Assembly (NCBI GenBank): GCA_964016885.1
Contig: OZ024742.1
Coordinates: 139,748,001 to 139,812,000 of the forward strand
DNA from: Eledone cirrhosa
Lineage: Eukaryota
Length of the DNA stretch: 64,000 nt
Direction: 5' to 3'
A program made the position numbers and the translations under genes. Each line of letters begins with the position of its first letter. Positions within the stretch are counted from its first letter, which is position 1. The notes under the pieces were generated by a model that did not search any database, was not told where the DNA came from, and saw only the letters and a list, made by a program, of their open reading frames with translations. Shown one piece after another: positions 1 to 15,800 of this stretch.

Positions 1-260
1 AATTTGTAGATAAGATACCTAATTTAATTTATATATGAGATGGGAGTTTATGTATTGCTTGGTGGCCAGACTGGTGACTTTATATGGGAGATTTGATCTC
101 CAGATTATAATCTTCATGATATGAACTCCTTTAGTACTTATTAATAGACTACACTCTAATTTGTAGATAAGATACCTAATTTAATTTATATATGAGATAG
201 GAGTTTATCTATTGCTTGATGGCCAGACTGGTGTCTTTATATGAGAGATTTGATCTCCAG
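1..260. repeat. Imperfect 157-bp tandem duplication
   Basis: aatttgtagataagatacc at 1 and 158; a further partial copy near 585-625. Confidence 0.75.
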
Positions 261-283
261 ACCACCCTGGTGATATTCAGATT

Positions 284-511
284 TACCAAGGATTCAGACA
301 TACAATGACCCAGAGCTTACCGGGAGTCACATATAAAATAATAGGACCATGCCAGGTCCTGTGGGAGGAATTACACTTACAAAGAACATTGATTTGGTAC
401 CAAGGATTCAGACATACAATGACCCAGAGCTTACCGGGAGTCACATATAAAATAATAGGACCATGCCAGGTCCTGTGGGAGGAATTACACTTACAAAGAA
501 CATTGATTTGG
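284..511. repeat. 114-bp tandem duplication (2 copies)
   Basis: taccaaggattcagac at 284 and 398; explains the 38-aa repeat in ORF 305..556. Confidence 0.85.
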
Positions 512-1467
512 GGGTCTGACTCTTCTTATAGAATGTTCAGATATGACACCCCTTAATAGAAGGTAATCATCTTGATATATACACCTTTAGTACTTCTTAA
601 TAGACAACACTGTAACCTATAGATAAGTAACATAATCTAGAAATTAGTTATAACATCATATGATAGGCACTTATTTGAAACACCATTAGTGTAATTTAGG
701 ATAATAAATTTAACTAAGTAAACCAGCTAGTTACCTCCCCTTTCGCATTAACTCCCCTTGGTCATACACACACTTCGGGAATATAATATCATCACACAAA
801 ACTAAACAACATGATCTATTAAGTAAGAATCGACAAGATACGGTTTATAACTTGGTTATATGCCGAACCATCGTGAATTATATGATAGACCCGTGGTCTA
901 TATATTGCGTCTCGTGGATTATCTGAGTGGTGGTGTGCGCGAAGACAGTGGTACTGTTTTGCGTACGATATTATATGTTTTATAATATGTTTGATATTTT
1001 TGATATTTTGGTGTTTCTCCACATTCGGGACTGTATATCATACAGGTGTATGCGGAAAAATGATATAATAATTCAGCCCACATAATAATATCGATTGCCT
1101 GCTTCAACTGCCTGACCCTGCAAGTAACATTCTGACGCACTCTAATCCTGTATAAATAAGAAAGCGTGCATGCTACACGTGAGATTGTTTCATACACTGA
1201 CTACTCTAAACTTTCCTCTTGCTTTATCTTCATAGACTGCCAATGCTTCATTTTTATTTTTATTTTTATTTTTATTTTTATTTTTATTTTTATTTTTATT
1301 TTTATTTTTATTTTTATTTTTATCTTTATCCTTTAACCTTTATATGTAAATTGCCATGCTATATCATTTTGATGGATGTCATCCCACTGTGGATCAATAT
1401 GTGCATATGTTTTTATATGTCTCTTGTGTTGAAAAGGAGGTCAAGTATGTTATAGATCACTAAATAG

Positions 1468-1516
1468 TTGCTCCGAATAATCCAAACCTCGGTTTGGAGG
1501 AAACAATTGTAAGCAA
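1468..1516 (+). ncRNA. Variant or degenerate type I hammerhead motif, likely the 3' end of a PLE
   Basis: ttgct-CCGAATA-a-tccaaacc tc ggtttgga-g-GAAA-caattg-TA-agcaa; all three stems pair, core deviates from CUGANGA; (TA)n starts about 35 nt downstream. Confidence 0.5.
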
Positions 1517-1550
1517 ACAAATGATTTAAACTGAACTTTGATTATTGAAA

Positions 1551-3360
<1,810 letters not shown>

Positions 3361-4018
3361 TGATATATTTCTTTTTTCTTTTTTCTTTTTTCTTTTTCTT
3401 CTCTTTCCTTTTTAATGTTTATTTATTATTTATTATTATTTTTTATTTTCTTAGTTTATAGATACATCTATATTAAGCAGCAGCCCAAACCGTTGAATAC
3501 TGACCCCCCCCCCCTCCCACCTAATTTTCTGTATCTTTATCTAAATGTGTGTGCCAGTGTTTATGCGAGTGAATTAATATCCATGTGCTTAGGATTTTAT
3601 ATCCACATATATATATGTGAGTGGTGGTGTGTGTGTGTTTGTATGTTTGTAGTTTATGTGTATGTTTATGCATATACGCGCGTGTATGTGTGATTGTACG
3701 GATATGTGTTAGTATGAAAATATGTGTATACATTTATTTCATATTTATGTATCTATACGCATCTTATCTGTGCATTATAAACTTACAGAGACATTAACCT
3801 TGAAATTTTGTATTTGCATCCATCCTTTTTGTATGAGTATACAGGTTGTGCATACATTTTTGTAAAATATGTGTAAGGGTTATTACATGTATATACACAC
3901 ACCGAACGGCATTAAACCTTTTGTATTTTCATTGGTCAATTTTGTTCCCAAACGGACCTGGAAGTTTGAATTGTTGTTATTATCAATAAATATATTTCAT
4001 TATTTCTGAAGACGGCGT

Positions 4019-4218
4019 NNNNNNNNNNNNNNNNNNNNNNNNNNNNNNNNNNNNNNNNNNNNNNNNNNNNNNNNNNNNNNNNNNNNNNNNNNNNNNNNNN
4101 NNNNNNNNNNNNNNNNNNNNNNNNNNNNNNNNNNNNNNNNNNNNNNNNNNNNNNNNNNNNNNNNNNNNNNNNNNNNNNNNNNNNNNNNNNNNNNNNNNNN
4201 NNNNNNNNNNNNNNNNNN
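4019..4218. other. Assembly gap (200 N)
   Basis: Run of n. Confidence 1.
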
Positions 4219-4947
4219 GAGAAAAAAAATTTAAAAATAGCCAGACATATTCGAGGCGTAGAAAACCCTATGTTTTAATGTATTAGTATTTATAAAACTT
4301 ACACTATATTGTAAATATCAGTATTCCTGAATGAAACAAGTATTCACAATGCGTGAAAATTCATTATCTTATGTTTAGTTTTTTAAAAAATTCATATGTC
4401 TATGTGAATCCAACTGATTCACTCCGCAAATTCAAAGTTAACGGAAAACATTCTCAATGTGGTATAAAAATTTGAGCGTATTATTATTCTTGCGATTACT
4501 CTACAAGATTATCTATCAAGCAGAAATAGAGAGCAGATTTCAATATGCTAATCGAAAATATATATTATATTATAAGCAGAGATAACAATAATAATGATAA
4601 TAAGTAAAAATATATAAAAATATAAAAATATAAAAATATAGAATAGAAAACTAAAAAAGAATATTACGAAAGAATATTACATAATAAAAATATTGCATAT
4701 TAAAAATACTACGTATTAAAAATATTACGTATTAAAACTTTACATATAAAAATATTAAAAATAAAAATTTACATATAAAAATATTAAAAATAAAAATAAA
4801 ATAAAATAAAAAAAAATAAAAAATAAAAAATAAAAATATTATAGAATACTACAATACTAAAAGAATAAAAATAAAAATAAAAATAAAAATAAAAATAAAA
4901 ATAAAAATAAAAATAAAAATAAAAATAAAAATAAACCGAAGATCAAT

Positions 4948-6625
4948 ATGAAGGACCACAAGAGGAATTTTGAGATTGACCTGCCAGTTAGATTGATCGC
5001 ACCTTCAAAATCGGACCTGGGCAAATTAAGCAAAAACATTCTTGACAGGGTGATACTGCAAATTAAGAACTTGGATTATGTATCTAACCTGAGCTTGTGG
5101 AAGGGAACTGGAGAGGTTGTTGAGTGGTTTAGGCAAATTAAATATGACAATAATAATAGGTTTATTCAACTTGATATAGCTAACTATTATTCTTCTATTA
5201 CCCCTAGTCTACTAAATAAGGCACTAAATTACGCATTCAAACATACGGACCTAACTAGCAAAGAAATGCATATTATATTATCGGCTAGGAAAACTTTGAT
5301 AGAATTTGATGACAAATTATGGACCAGAGCAGATAGAGATAGCAATTTTGACATAACTATGGGATCTTCCGACTCAGCTCAGGTAACTGACCTTGTGGGC
5401 TTATTTTTAATCAATTCGCTACATAGGAAAATACCTGGTACTACCGGAGGTTTATATAGGGATGACATGCTTTTACTTATTAATAATAATAACCCTGAAC
5501 TAAATAGAAAATGTAAACAAATTACAAAATTTTTTAATTACTTTAACCTTAAAATAGAAATTGAGAACAACCATAGAATAGTCAATTTCCTAGATATAAC
5601 ATTAAATCTCAACACATGTCTCCACTATCCTTTTCACAAGTTGAATGAAAACTTAAACTATGTCAACTTTAACTCTAACCACCCCAGATCTGTCAAAAAC
5701 ACTATAGTAAACTCAGTCCAAAAACGTATCTCTAGGATCTCGTCGAATAGAAAGATTTTTGACGAAAAGGCCCAATACTATAATGATGCACTAGCTAGGG
5801 CAGGGTATGCTGATAAGATTGTGTACATAGATAATGATAAACAAACTAAACAAAGTAACAACTTTTTTAATGACGGCAACAACATTAACAACTATAATAG
5901 AAAGCATTACAATAATTCCAAAGGACAAAAAAGAAATAGAACTAGGAACATAATTTGGTTTGCCCCCCCCCCCCCCCCCTTTCTCACTAAACATTAAAAC
6001 CCACATCGCTAAATTATTTTTCAAAGCTCTTGATAATCGCTTCCCTAGAACACATAGGTACCACTCAATCTTCAATAGGCATACAATTAAATTAACCTAC
6101 TCATCCACCAAAAATTTAGCACAAAATATTAATAGAATAAATAATAGGAACTTAAAACCTACTGATAATAGCATAAATAATATACAAGTTAACAAATGTA
6201 ACTGTAGAGATAGATCTAAATGTCCGTTAAATAACAACTGCTTAGTTAAAAATATAGTATACAATTGTAATGTTAATACTGACTCTAATTCTTTTAACTA
6301 CGTCGGTTCCACATCGACGGAATTTAAACTTCGCTATAATAACCACAAGAATTCTTTCGCAGATCCAAATAAAAAATCTTCAACGGCACTATCAGGTGTA
6401 CTCTGGCAACTTAAGCTAGATAACGTTAGATATTCGACGGCTTGGAATATAGTCTCAAGAGGGATTCCTTTTAATTCATCCTCTGAGACATGTGACCTCT
6501 GCGCAGAGGAGATATTCTTTATACTAAAATCTAAAAATTCCCTTAACCTACGGACAAATTTATTCAGTTGTTGCAAACATAGATTAAACTCAACGTTTAA
6601 ATATAAATTTAAATTTAAAATGTAG
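4948..6625 (+). pseudogene. PLE reverse transcriptase + GIY-YIG endonuclease, frameshifted at poly-C 5963-5978
   Basis: RT motifs FIQLDIANYY, TMGSSDSA, YRDD, FLDITL; C-terminal CNCR..CPLNNNCL..IVY..YVGST..FKLRYNNH (GIY-YIG). Confidence 0.9.
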
Positions 6626-7819
6626 TATATTTAGTTTGATTTATATTTATATGAGAACTAGCCGATAAATCTTTTGATTCCTAAATCTTTGATTCCCTCT
6701 TTTTACTCTTTTTATTGTTTATTTTATTTTATTTATTTTTATTTTTATTTTTATTTTTATTTTTATTTTTATTTTTATCTAAACATTCCTCATGAAAAAT
6801 TAAGCTACCCTAAAAGCCGATGCTCCAAATTTTTTGAATTAACCTTACACTTGATAAACTTATATATTAAATATAGGAACATATGTAGACATTATTGGAC
6901 ATCATAATCTTTTTTTGCGATATTCCTTGCTAGATGTGATTTGATAGATAATTTTTGGCTTTGTCTTGTAGTGAATTTGGCAATATATTGTCAATTAACT
7001 TTGAAGGGTTGTTCTTTGTGGTTTATTTTTATTTTTATTTTTATTTTTATTTTTATTTTTATTTTTATTTTTATTTTTATTTTTATTTTTATTTTTATTT
7101 TTATTTTTATTTTTATTCTTTTAGTATTGTAGTATTCTATAATATTTTTATTTTTTATTTTTTATTTTTTTTTTTTTATTTTTTTTTATTTTTTTTTTTA
7201 ATATTTTTATATGTAAATTTTTATTTTTAATATTTTTATTTGTAAAGTTTTAATACGTAATATTTTTAATACGTAGTATTTTTAATATGCAATATTTTTA
7301 TTATGTAATATTCTTTCGTAATATTCTTTTTTAGTTTTCTATTCTATATTTTTATATTTTTATATTTTTATATATTTTTACTTATTATCATTATTATTGT
7401 TATCTCTGCTTATAATATAATATATATTTTCGATTAGCATATTGAAATCTGCTCTCTATTTCTGCTTGATAGATAATCTTGTAGAGTAATCGCAAGAATA
7501 ATAATACGCTCAAATTTTTATACCACATTGAGAATGTTTTCCGGTAACTTTGAATTTGCGGAGTGAATCAGTTGGATTCACATAGACATATGAATTTTTT
7601 AAAAAACTAAACATAAGATAATGAATTTTCACGCATTGTGAATACTTGTTTCATTCAGGAATACTGATATTTACAATATAGTGTAAGTTTTATAAATACT
7701 AATACATTAAAACATAGGGTTTTCTACGCCTCGAATATGTCTGGCTATTTTTAAATTTTTTTCTCTCTATATATCTCTCTATATCTCTCTATATATCTCC
7801 CTTACATTAATACTTGAGC

Positions 7820-7854
<35 letters not shown>

Positions 7855-8239
7855 ATGCATCATTGATACAGTTACTCAAAATGACCTCCCACTACCTAAT
7901 TTTTCTATATCTATATTTATATATGTATCTATCTCTACTTCCTCTCTCTCTATATATATATATATATCTCTTTCTGTCTCTTTACATGAAGCTCTTCGCT
8001 TTATCTATTTTTCCATCTCTCTATTTTGTCCCATGCATTTCTTCTTCTTCTTCTTCTTTTTCTTTTTCTTCTTTTTCTTCCTTTTCTTCGTTTTGTCTTT
8101 CTTTCTTTCCTATTTCCCTCTTTTCTCTCTCTCTTTCTTTCTCTCTGTATTTTCACTGCTAGAGTGAACCTCTTCAAATGAAGTTGATGTTTATTACGGT
8201 ATGTCGAATATATTTATCTATAAAACTGTTTATATTGTA

Positions 8240-8300
8240 TTTTGTCTGATGAAGGCATAGCATATTGTTAATATGATATCCCCGAAATATATATAATGAA
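8240..8300 (+). ncRNA. Hammerhead ribozyme of PLE family 1
   Basis: CTGATGA at 8246, stem II catatt/aatatg, GAAA at 8284; homologous to 21128 and 17407-17447. Confidence 0.7.
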
Positions 8301-8377
8301 ATAAATATGGTTTTATAAATATAGTTTTCCATTTATTTAATATTGTTTATATATATATATATATATTTATATATATT

Positions 8378-8416
<39 letters not shown>

Positions 8417-8419
8417 ATT

Positions 8420-8486
<67 letters not shown>

Positions 8487-8499
8487 ATTTATATATATT

Positions 8500-8578
<79 letters not shown>

Positions 8579-8593
8579 ATTTATATATATATA

Positions 8594-8638
<45 letters not shown>

Positions 8639-8707
8639 ATTTATATATATATATGTAAGTATGTATGTATACGTACATACATATATGTATACAGACGTAC
8701 AGTAGCA

Positions 8708-8781
<74 letters not shown>

Positions 8782-9217
8782 CATACAGGTACACATACAT
8801 ATATGCACGCATCAGTTTAGCGGACGCTTATTATAACGCCGCTTTGTTCGTTTGTAAACAAACTGAACAGCCTGAATGTATGCCATACGGTGTTAAGGCA
8901 ATCACGTCACCTTTTTGTTCAACACTGACACAGGAACGATGTACTAGTTTCAAGCTTGTTAGCTATCATCAGCACCGTTTACCCATCTGGCAGATAGTTG
9001 AACGTTCGAAAGTATATACTTTCCTTATGAAAATTAACGGCTGAGCAGCCTAATTTGCATATTGAGTGAGTTAAATCGGTCAGGCATACCGAAAACGATA
9101 AGTTGAAAAAAAAAAATGAAAACGAAATTTCATTTCTCACTCTTAGTATGGCACTTACTTAAATGTAAGTATGTATGTATACGTACATACATATATGTAT
9201 ACAGACGTACAGTAGCA

Positions 9218-9291
<74 letters not shown>

Positions 9292-9870
9292 CATACAGGT
9301 ACACATACATATATGCACGCATCAGTTTAGCGGACGCTTATTATAACGCCGCTTTGTTCGTTTGTAAACAAACTGAACAGCCTGAATTTATGCCATACGG
9401 TGTTAAGGCAACCACGTCACCTTTTTGTTCAACACTGACACAGGAACGATGTACTAGTTTCAAGCTTGTTAGCTATCATCAGCACCGTTTACCCATCTGG
9501 CAGATAGTTGAACGTTCGAAAGTATATACTTTCCTTATGAAAATTAACGGCTGAGCAGCCTAATTTGCATATTGAGTGAGTTAAATCGGTCAGGCATACC
9601 GAAAACGATAAGTTGAAAAAAAAAAATGAAAACGAAATTTCATTTCTCACTCTTAGTATGGCACTTACTTAAATGTAAGTATGTATGTATACGTACATAC
9701 ATATATGTATACAAACGTACAGTAGCATGCATATATATATATATATATATATACATATACATACAGGTACACATACATATATGCACGCATCAGTTTACAA
9801 ACGAACAAAGCGGCGTTATAATAAGCGTCCGCTAAACTGATGCGTGCATATATGTATGTGTACCTGTATG

Positions 9871-9964
<94 letters not shown>

Positions 9965-10203
9965 TGCTACTGTACGTCTGTATACATATATGTATGTACG
10001 TATACATACATACTTACATTTAAGTAAGTGCCATACTAAGAGTGAGAAATGAAATTTCGTTTTCATTTTTTTTTTTCAACTTATCGTTTTCGGTATGCCT
10101 GACCGATTTAACTCACTCAATATGCAAATTAGGCTGCTCAGCCGTTAATTTTCATAAGGAAAGTATATACTTTCGAACGTTCAACTATCTGCCAGATGGG
10201 TAA

Positions 10204-10246
10204 ACGGTGCTGATGATAGCTAACAAGCTTGAAACTAGTACATCGT
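10204..10246 (+). ncRNA. Type I hammerhead ribozyme, family A
   Basis: acggtg-CTGATGA-tagc TAACAA gctt-GAAA-ctag-TA-catcgt; copies at 8936-8978, 9446-9488, 13206, 13674, 14142, 14610 (-) and 14861, 15530 (+). Confidence 0.9.
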
Positions 10247-10400
10247 TCCTGTGTCAGTGTTGAACAAAAAGGTGACGTGGTTGCCTTAACACCGTATGGC
10301 ATACATTCAGGCTGTTCAGTTTGTTTACAAACGAACAAAGCGGCGTTATAATAAGCGTCCGCTAAACTGATGCGTGCATATATGTATGTGTACCTGTATG

Positions 10401-10435
<35 letters not shown>

Positions 10436-10439
<4 letters not shown>

Positions 10440-12638
10440 TGGAATAAATGCTCTGAAATAGCGATATATATGTGAATATAGACACAGAATATTCGAAAAT
10501 ATTCTGTATGTTTATAATAAACATTTTGAAGACCTAATCGCTATAGAATAGAATACGTCACGTATTACAATTAGATTCTCGATAAAAGCAAGGGAAGTAA
10601 GTCTACGCGTTTCATTCTTGTTAGAATTCATCAGGACTACATATCCAGTGCTTTTATCGAGAATGACACAGCTAGAGACTTATAGAATACTTAGCTGTGT
10701 ACAGGAACTGGTTTGAAAGAGCGGTTGCCGGTCCGGCAGAAATTAGAAATTGGAATAAATGCTCTGAAATAGCGATATATATGTGAATATAGACACAGAA
10801 TATTCGAAAATATTCTGTATGTTTATAATAAACATTTTGAAGACCTAATCGCTATAGAATAGAATACGTCACGTATTACAATTAGATTCTCGATAAAAGC
10901 AAGGGAAGTAAGTCTACGCGTTTCATTCTTGTTAGAATTCATCAGGACTACATATCCAGTGCTTTTATCGAGAATGACACAGCTAGAGACTTATAGAATA
11001 CTTAGCTGTGTACAGGAACTGGTTTGAAAGAGCGGTTGCCGGTCCGGCAGAAATTAGAAATTGGAATAAATGCTCTGAAATAGCGATATATATGTGAATA
11101 TAGACACAGAATATTCGAAAATATTCTGTATGTTTATAATAAACATTTTGAAGACCTAATCGCTATAGAATAGAATACGTCACGTATTACAATTAGATTC
11201 TCGATAAAAGCAAGGGAAGTAAGTCTACGCGTTTCATTCTTGTTAGAATTCATCAGGACTACATATCCAGTGCTTTTATCGAGAATGACACAGCTAGAGA
11301 CTTATAGAATACTTAGCTGTGTACAGGAACTGGTTTGAAAGAGCGGTTGCCGGTCCGGCAGAAATTAGAAATTGGAATAAATGCTCTGAAATAGCGATAT
11401 ATATGTGAATATAGACACAGAATATTCGAAAATATTCTGTATGTTTATAATAAACATTTTGAAGACCTAATCGCTATAGAATAGAATACGTCACGTATTA
11501 CAATTAGATTCTCGATAAAAGCAAGGGAAGTAAGTCTACGCGTTTCATTCTTGTTAGAATTCATCAGGACTACATATCCAGTGCTTTTATCGAGAATGAC
11601 ACAGCTAGAGACTTATAGAATACTTAGCTGTGTACAGGAACTGGTTTGAAAGAGCGGTTGCCGGTCCGGCAGAAATTAGAAATTGGAAAATATTCTGTGT
11701 CTATATTCACATATATATCGCTATTTCAGAGCATTTATTCCAATTTCTAATTTCTGCCGGACCGGCAACCGCTCTTTCAAACCAGTTCCTGTACACAGCT
11801 AAGTATTCTATAAGTCTCTAGCTGTGTCATTCTCGATAAAAGCACTGGATATGTAGTCCTGATGAATTCTAACAAGAATGAAACGCGTAGACTTACTTCC
11901 CTTGCTTTTATCGAGAATCTAATTGTAATACGTGACGTATTCTATTCTATAGCGATTAGGTCTTCAAAATGTTTATTATAAACATACAGAATATTTTCGA
12001 ATATTCTGTGTCTATATTCACATATATATCGCTATTTCAGAGCATTTATTCCAATTTCTAATTTCTGCCGGACCGGCAACCGCTCTTTCAAACCAGTTCC
12101 TGTACACAGCTAAGTATTCTATAAGTCTCTAGCTGTGTCATTCTCGATAAAAGCACTGGATATGTAGTCCTGATGAATTCTAACAAGAATGAAACGCGTA
12201 GACTTACTTCCCTTGCTTTTATCGAGAATCTAATTGTAATACGTGACGTATTCTATTCTATAGCGATTAGGTCTTCAAAATGTTTATTATAAACATACAG
12301 AATATTTTCGAATATTCTGTGTCTATATTCACATATATATCGCTATTTCAGAGCATTTATTCCAATTTCTAATTTCTGCCGGACCGGCAACCGCTCTTTC
12401 AAACCAGTTCCTGTACACAGCTAAGTATTCTATAAGTCTCTAGCTGTGTCATTCTCGATAAAAGCACTGGATATGTAGTCCTGATGAATTCTAACAAGAA
12501 TGAAACGCGTAGACTTACTTCCCTTGCTTTTATCGAGAATCTAATTGTAATACGTGACGTATTCTATTCTATAGCGATTAGGTCTTCAAAATGTTTATTA
12601 TAAACATACAGAATATTTTCGAATATTCTGTGTCTATA

Positions 12639-12642
<4 letters not shown>
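10436..12642. mobile_element. Retrozyme-like family B: 311-bp HHR unit, 4 copies plus 3 inverted copies
   Basis: aaattggaa at 10436, 10747, 11058, 11369, 11680; inversion at 11689; units appear identical; flanked by (TA)n. Confidence 0.9.
11855..11893 (+). ncRNA. Type I hammerhead ribozyme, family B
   Basis: agtc-CTGATGA-attc TAACAA gaat-GAAA-cgcg-TA-gact, distal 16-bp stem attctcgataaaagca/tgcttttatcgagaat; copies at 12166, 12477 (+) and 10600, 10911, 11222, 11533 (-). Confidence 0.92.
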
Positions 12643-12674
<32 letters not shown>

Positions 12675-12840
12675 TGCTACTGTACGTCTGTATACATATA
12701 TGTATGTACGTATACATACATACTTACATTTAAGTAAGTGCCATACTAAGAGTGAGAAATGAAATTTCGTTTTCATTTTTTTTTTTTCAACTTATATATA
12801 TATATATTTATATATATATATATTTATATATGTATAAATT

Positions 12841-12879
<39 letters not shown>

Positions 12880-12904
12880 ATTTATATATATATATATTTA
12901 TATA

Positions 12905-15144
12905 TTGAAACAAAATGAAAACGAAATTTCATTTCTCACTCTTAGTATGGCACTTACTTAAATGTAAGTATGCATGTATACGTACATACATATATGTATA
13001 CAGACGTACAGTAGCATGCACATATATATATATATATATACATATATATATACATATGCATACAGGTACACATACATATATGCACGTATCAGTTTAGCGG
13101 CGCTAACGTCGCTTTGTTCGTTTGTAAACAAACTGAACAGCCTGAATTTATGCCATACGGTGTTAAGGCAACCACGTCACCTTTTTGTTCAACACTGACA
13201 CAGGAACGATGTACTAGTTTCAAGCTTGTTAGCTATCATCAGCACCGTTTACCCATCTGCCAGATAGTTGAACGTTCGAAAGTATATACTTTCCTTATGA
13301 AAATTAACGGCTGAGCAGCCTAATTTGCATATTGAGTGAGTTAAATCGGTCAGGCATACCGAAAACGATAAATTGAAACAAAATGAAAACGAAATTTCAT
13401 TTCTCACTCTTAGTATGGCACTTACTTAAATGTAAGTATGCATGTATACGTACATACATATATGTATACAGACGTACAGTAGCATGCACATATATATATA
13501 TATATATACATATATATATACATATGCATACAGGTACACATACATATATGCACGTATCAGTTTAGCGGCGCTAACGTCGCTTTGTTCGTTTGTAAACAAA
13601 CTGAACAGCCTGAATTTATGCCATACGGTGTTAAGGCAACCACGTCACCTTTTTGTTCAACACTGACACAGGAACGATGTACTAGTTTCAAGCTTGTTAG
13701 CTATCATCAGCACCGTTTACCCATCTGCCAGATAGTTGAACGTTCGAAAGTATATACTTTCCTTATGAAAATTAACGGCTGAGCAGCCTAATTTGCATAT
13801 TGAGTGAGTTAAATCGGTCAGGCATACCGAAAACGATAAATTGAAACAAAATGAAAACGAAATTTCATTTCTCACTCTTAGTATGGCACTTACTTAAATG
13901 TAAGTATGCATGTATACGTACATACATATATGTATACAGACGTACAGTAGCATGCACATATATATATATATATATACATATATATATACATATGCATACA
14001 GGTACACATACATATATGCACGTATCAGTTTAGCGGCGCTAACGTCGCTTTGTTCGTTTGTAAACAAACTGAACAGCCTGAATTTATGCCATACGGTGTT
14101 AAGGCAACCACGTCACCTTTTTGTTCAACACTGACACAGGAACGATGTACTAGTTTCAAGCTTGTTAGCTATCATCAGCACCGTTTACCCATCTGCCAGA
14201 TAGTTGAACGTTCGAAAGTATATACTTTCCTTATGAAAATTAACGGCTGAGCAGCCTAATTTGCATATTGAGTGAGTTAAATCGGTCAGGCATACCGAAA
14301 ACGATAAATTGAAACAAAATGAAAACGAAATTTCATTTCTCACTCTTAGTATGGCACTTACTTAAATGTAAGTATGCATGTATACGTACATACATATATG
14401 TATACAGACGTACAGTAGCATGCACATATATATATATATATATACATATATATATACATATGCATACAGGTACACATACATATATGCACGTATCAGTTTA
14501 GCGGCGCTAACGTCGCTTTGTTCGTTTGTAAACAAACTGAACAGCCTGAATTTATGCCATACGGTGTTAAGGCAACCACGTCACCTTTTTGTTCAACACT
14601 GACACAGGAACGATGTACTAGTTTCAAGCTTGTTAGCTATCATCAGCACCGTTTACCCATCTGCCAGATAGTTGAACGTTCGAAAGTATATACTTTCCTT
14701 ATGAAAATTAACGGCTGAGCAGCCTAATTTGCATATTGAGTGAGTTAAATCGGTCATGACCGATTTAACTCACTCAATATGCAAATTAGGCTGCTCAGCC
14801 GTTAATTTTCATAAGGAAAGTATATACTTTCGAACGTTCAACTATCTGGCAGATGGGTAAACGGTGCTGATGATAGCTAACAAGCTTGAAACTAGTACAT
14901 CGTTCCTGTGTCAGTGTTGAACAAAAAGGTGACGTGGTTGCCTTAACACCGTATGGCATAAATTCAGGCTGTTCAGTTTGTTTACAAACGAACAAAGCGA
15001 CGTTAGCGCCGCTAAACTGATACGTGCATATATGTATGTGTACCTGTATGCATATGTATATATATATGTATATATATATATATATATGTGCATGCTACTG
15101 TACGTCTGTATACATATATGTATGTACGTATACATGCATACTTA
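12905..15144. mobile_element. Retrozyme-like family A insertion 2: four 468-bp units plus inverted arm
   Basis: ORF track repeats every 468 bp (13114, 13582, 14050, 14518); palindrome centre aatcggtcatgaccgatt at about 14757. Confidence 0.9.
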
Positions 15145-15148
15145 TATT

Positions 15149-15183
<35 letters not shown>

Positions 15184-15248
15184 ACATTTATATATATATA
15201 TATTTATATATATATATATATTTATATATATGTGCATATATATATATT

Positions 15249-15279
<31 letters not shown>

Positions 15280-15305
15280 TTATATACATATATGTATATA
15301 TATAT

Positions 15306-15742
15306 AAGTATGTATGTATATGTATGTACGTATACATACATACTTACATTTAAGTAAGTGCCATACTAAGAGTGAGAAATGAAATTTCGTTTTCATTTTT
15401 TTCAACTTATCGTTTTCGGTATGCCTGACCGATTTAACTCACTCAATATGCAAATTAGGCTGCTCAGCCGTTAATTTTCATAAGGAAAGTATATACTTTC
15501 GAACGTTCAACTATCTGGCAGATGGGTAAACGGTGCTGATGATAGCTAACAAGCTTGAAACTAGTACATCGTTTCTGTGTCAGTGTTGAACAAAAAGGTG
15601 ACGTGGTTGCCTTAACACCGTATGGCATAAATTCAGGCTGTTCGCTTCGTTGCCAAACAAACGAACAAAGCGGCCGGCGTTATAATAAACGCCGGCTAAA
15701 CTGATGCGTGAATATATGTATGTGTACCTGTATGCATATGTG

Positions 15743-15800
<58 letters not shown>

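Larger units (their letters stand above)
4219..8345 (+). mobile_element. Penelope-like retroelement, family 1 copy a, 5'-truncated, preceded by an inverted copy of its 3' UTR
   Basis: RT + GIY-YIG ORFs; 4219-4937 is the reverse complement of 7020-7765; HHR at 8240-8300; ends in (TA)n. Confidence 0.92.
8652..12795. mobile_element. Retrozyme-like family A insertion 1 (about 510-bp HHR units), fold-back, interrupted by the family B array
   Basis: Units repeat at 510-bp spacing (ORFs 8844/9354); inversion at about 9793 with gttta microhomology; right arm 9793-10435 resumes at 12645-12795; HHRs at 8936, 9446 (-) and 10204 (+). Confidence 0.85.

Noticed and set aside
4004-4018. ctgaagacggcgt as the start of an HHR
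   Set aside because: Cut by the assembly gap, so it cannot be evaluated
8844-9044. Recurrent 66-aa [12 protein letters not shown].. in family A units
   Set aside because: Non-ATG start, antisense to the HHR strand, no recognisable domain, and not conserved in homologous family C
10436-12642. CRISPR-like array
   Set aside because: Whole units are identical with no unique spacers, there are no cas genes, and the context is eukaryotic
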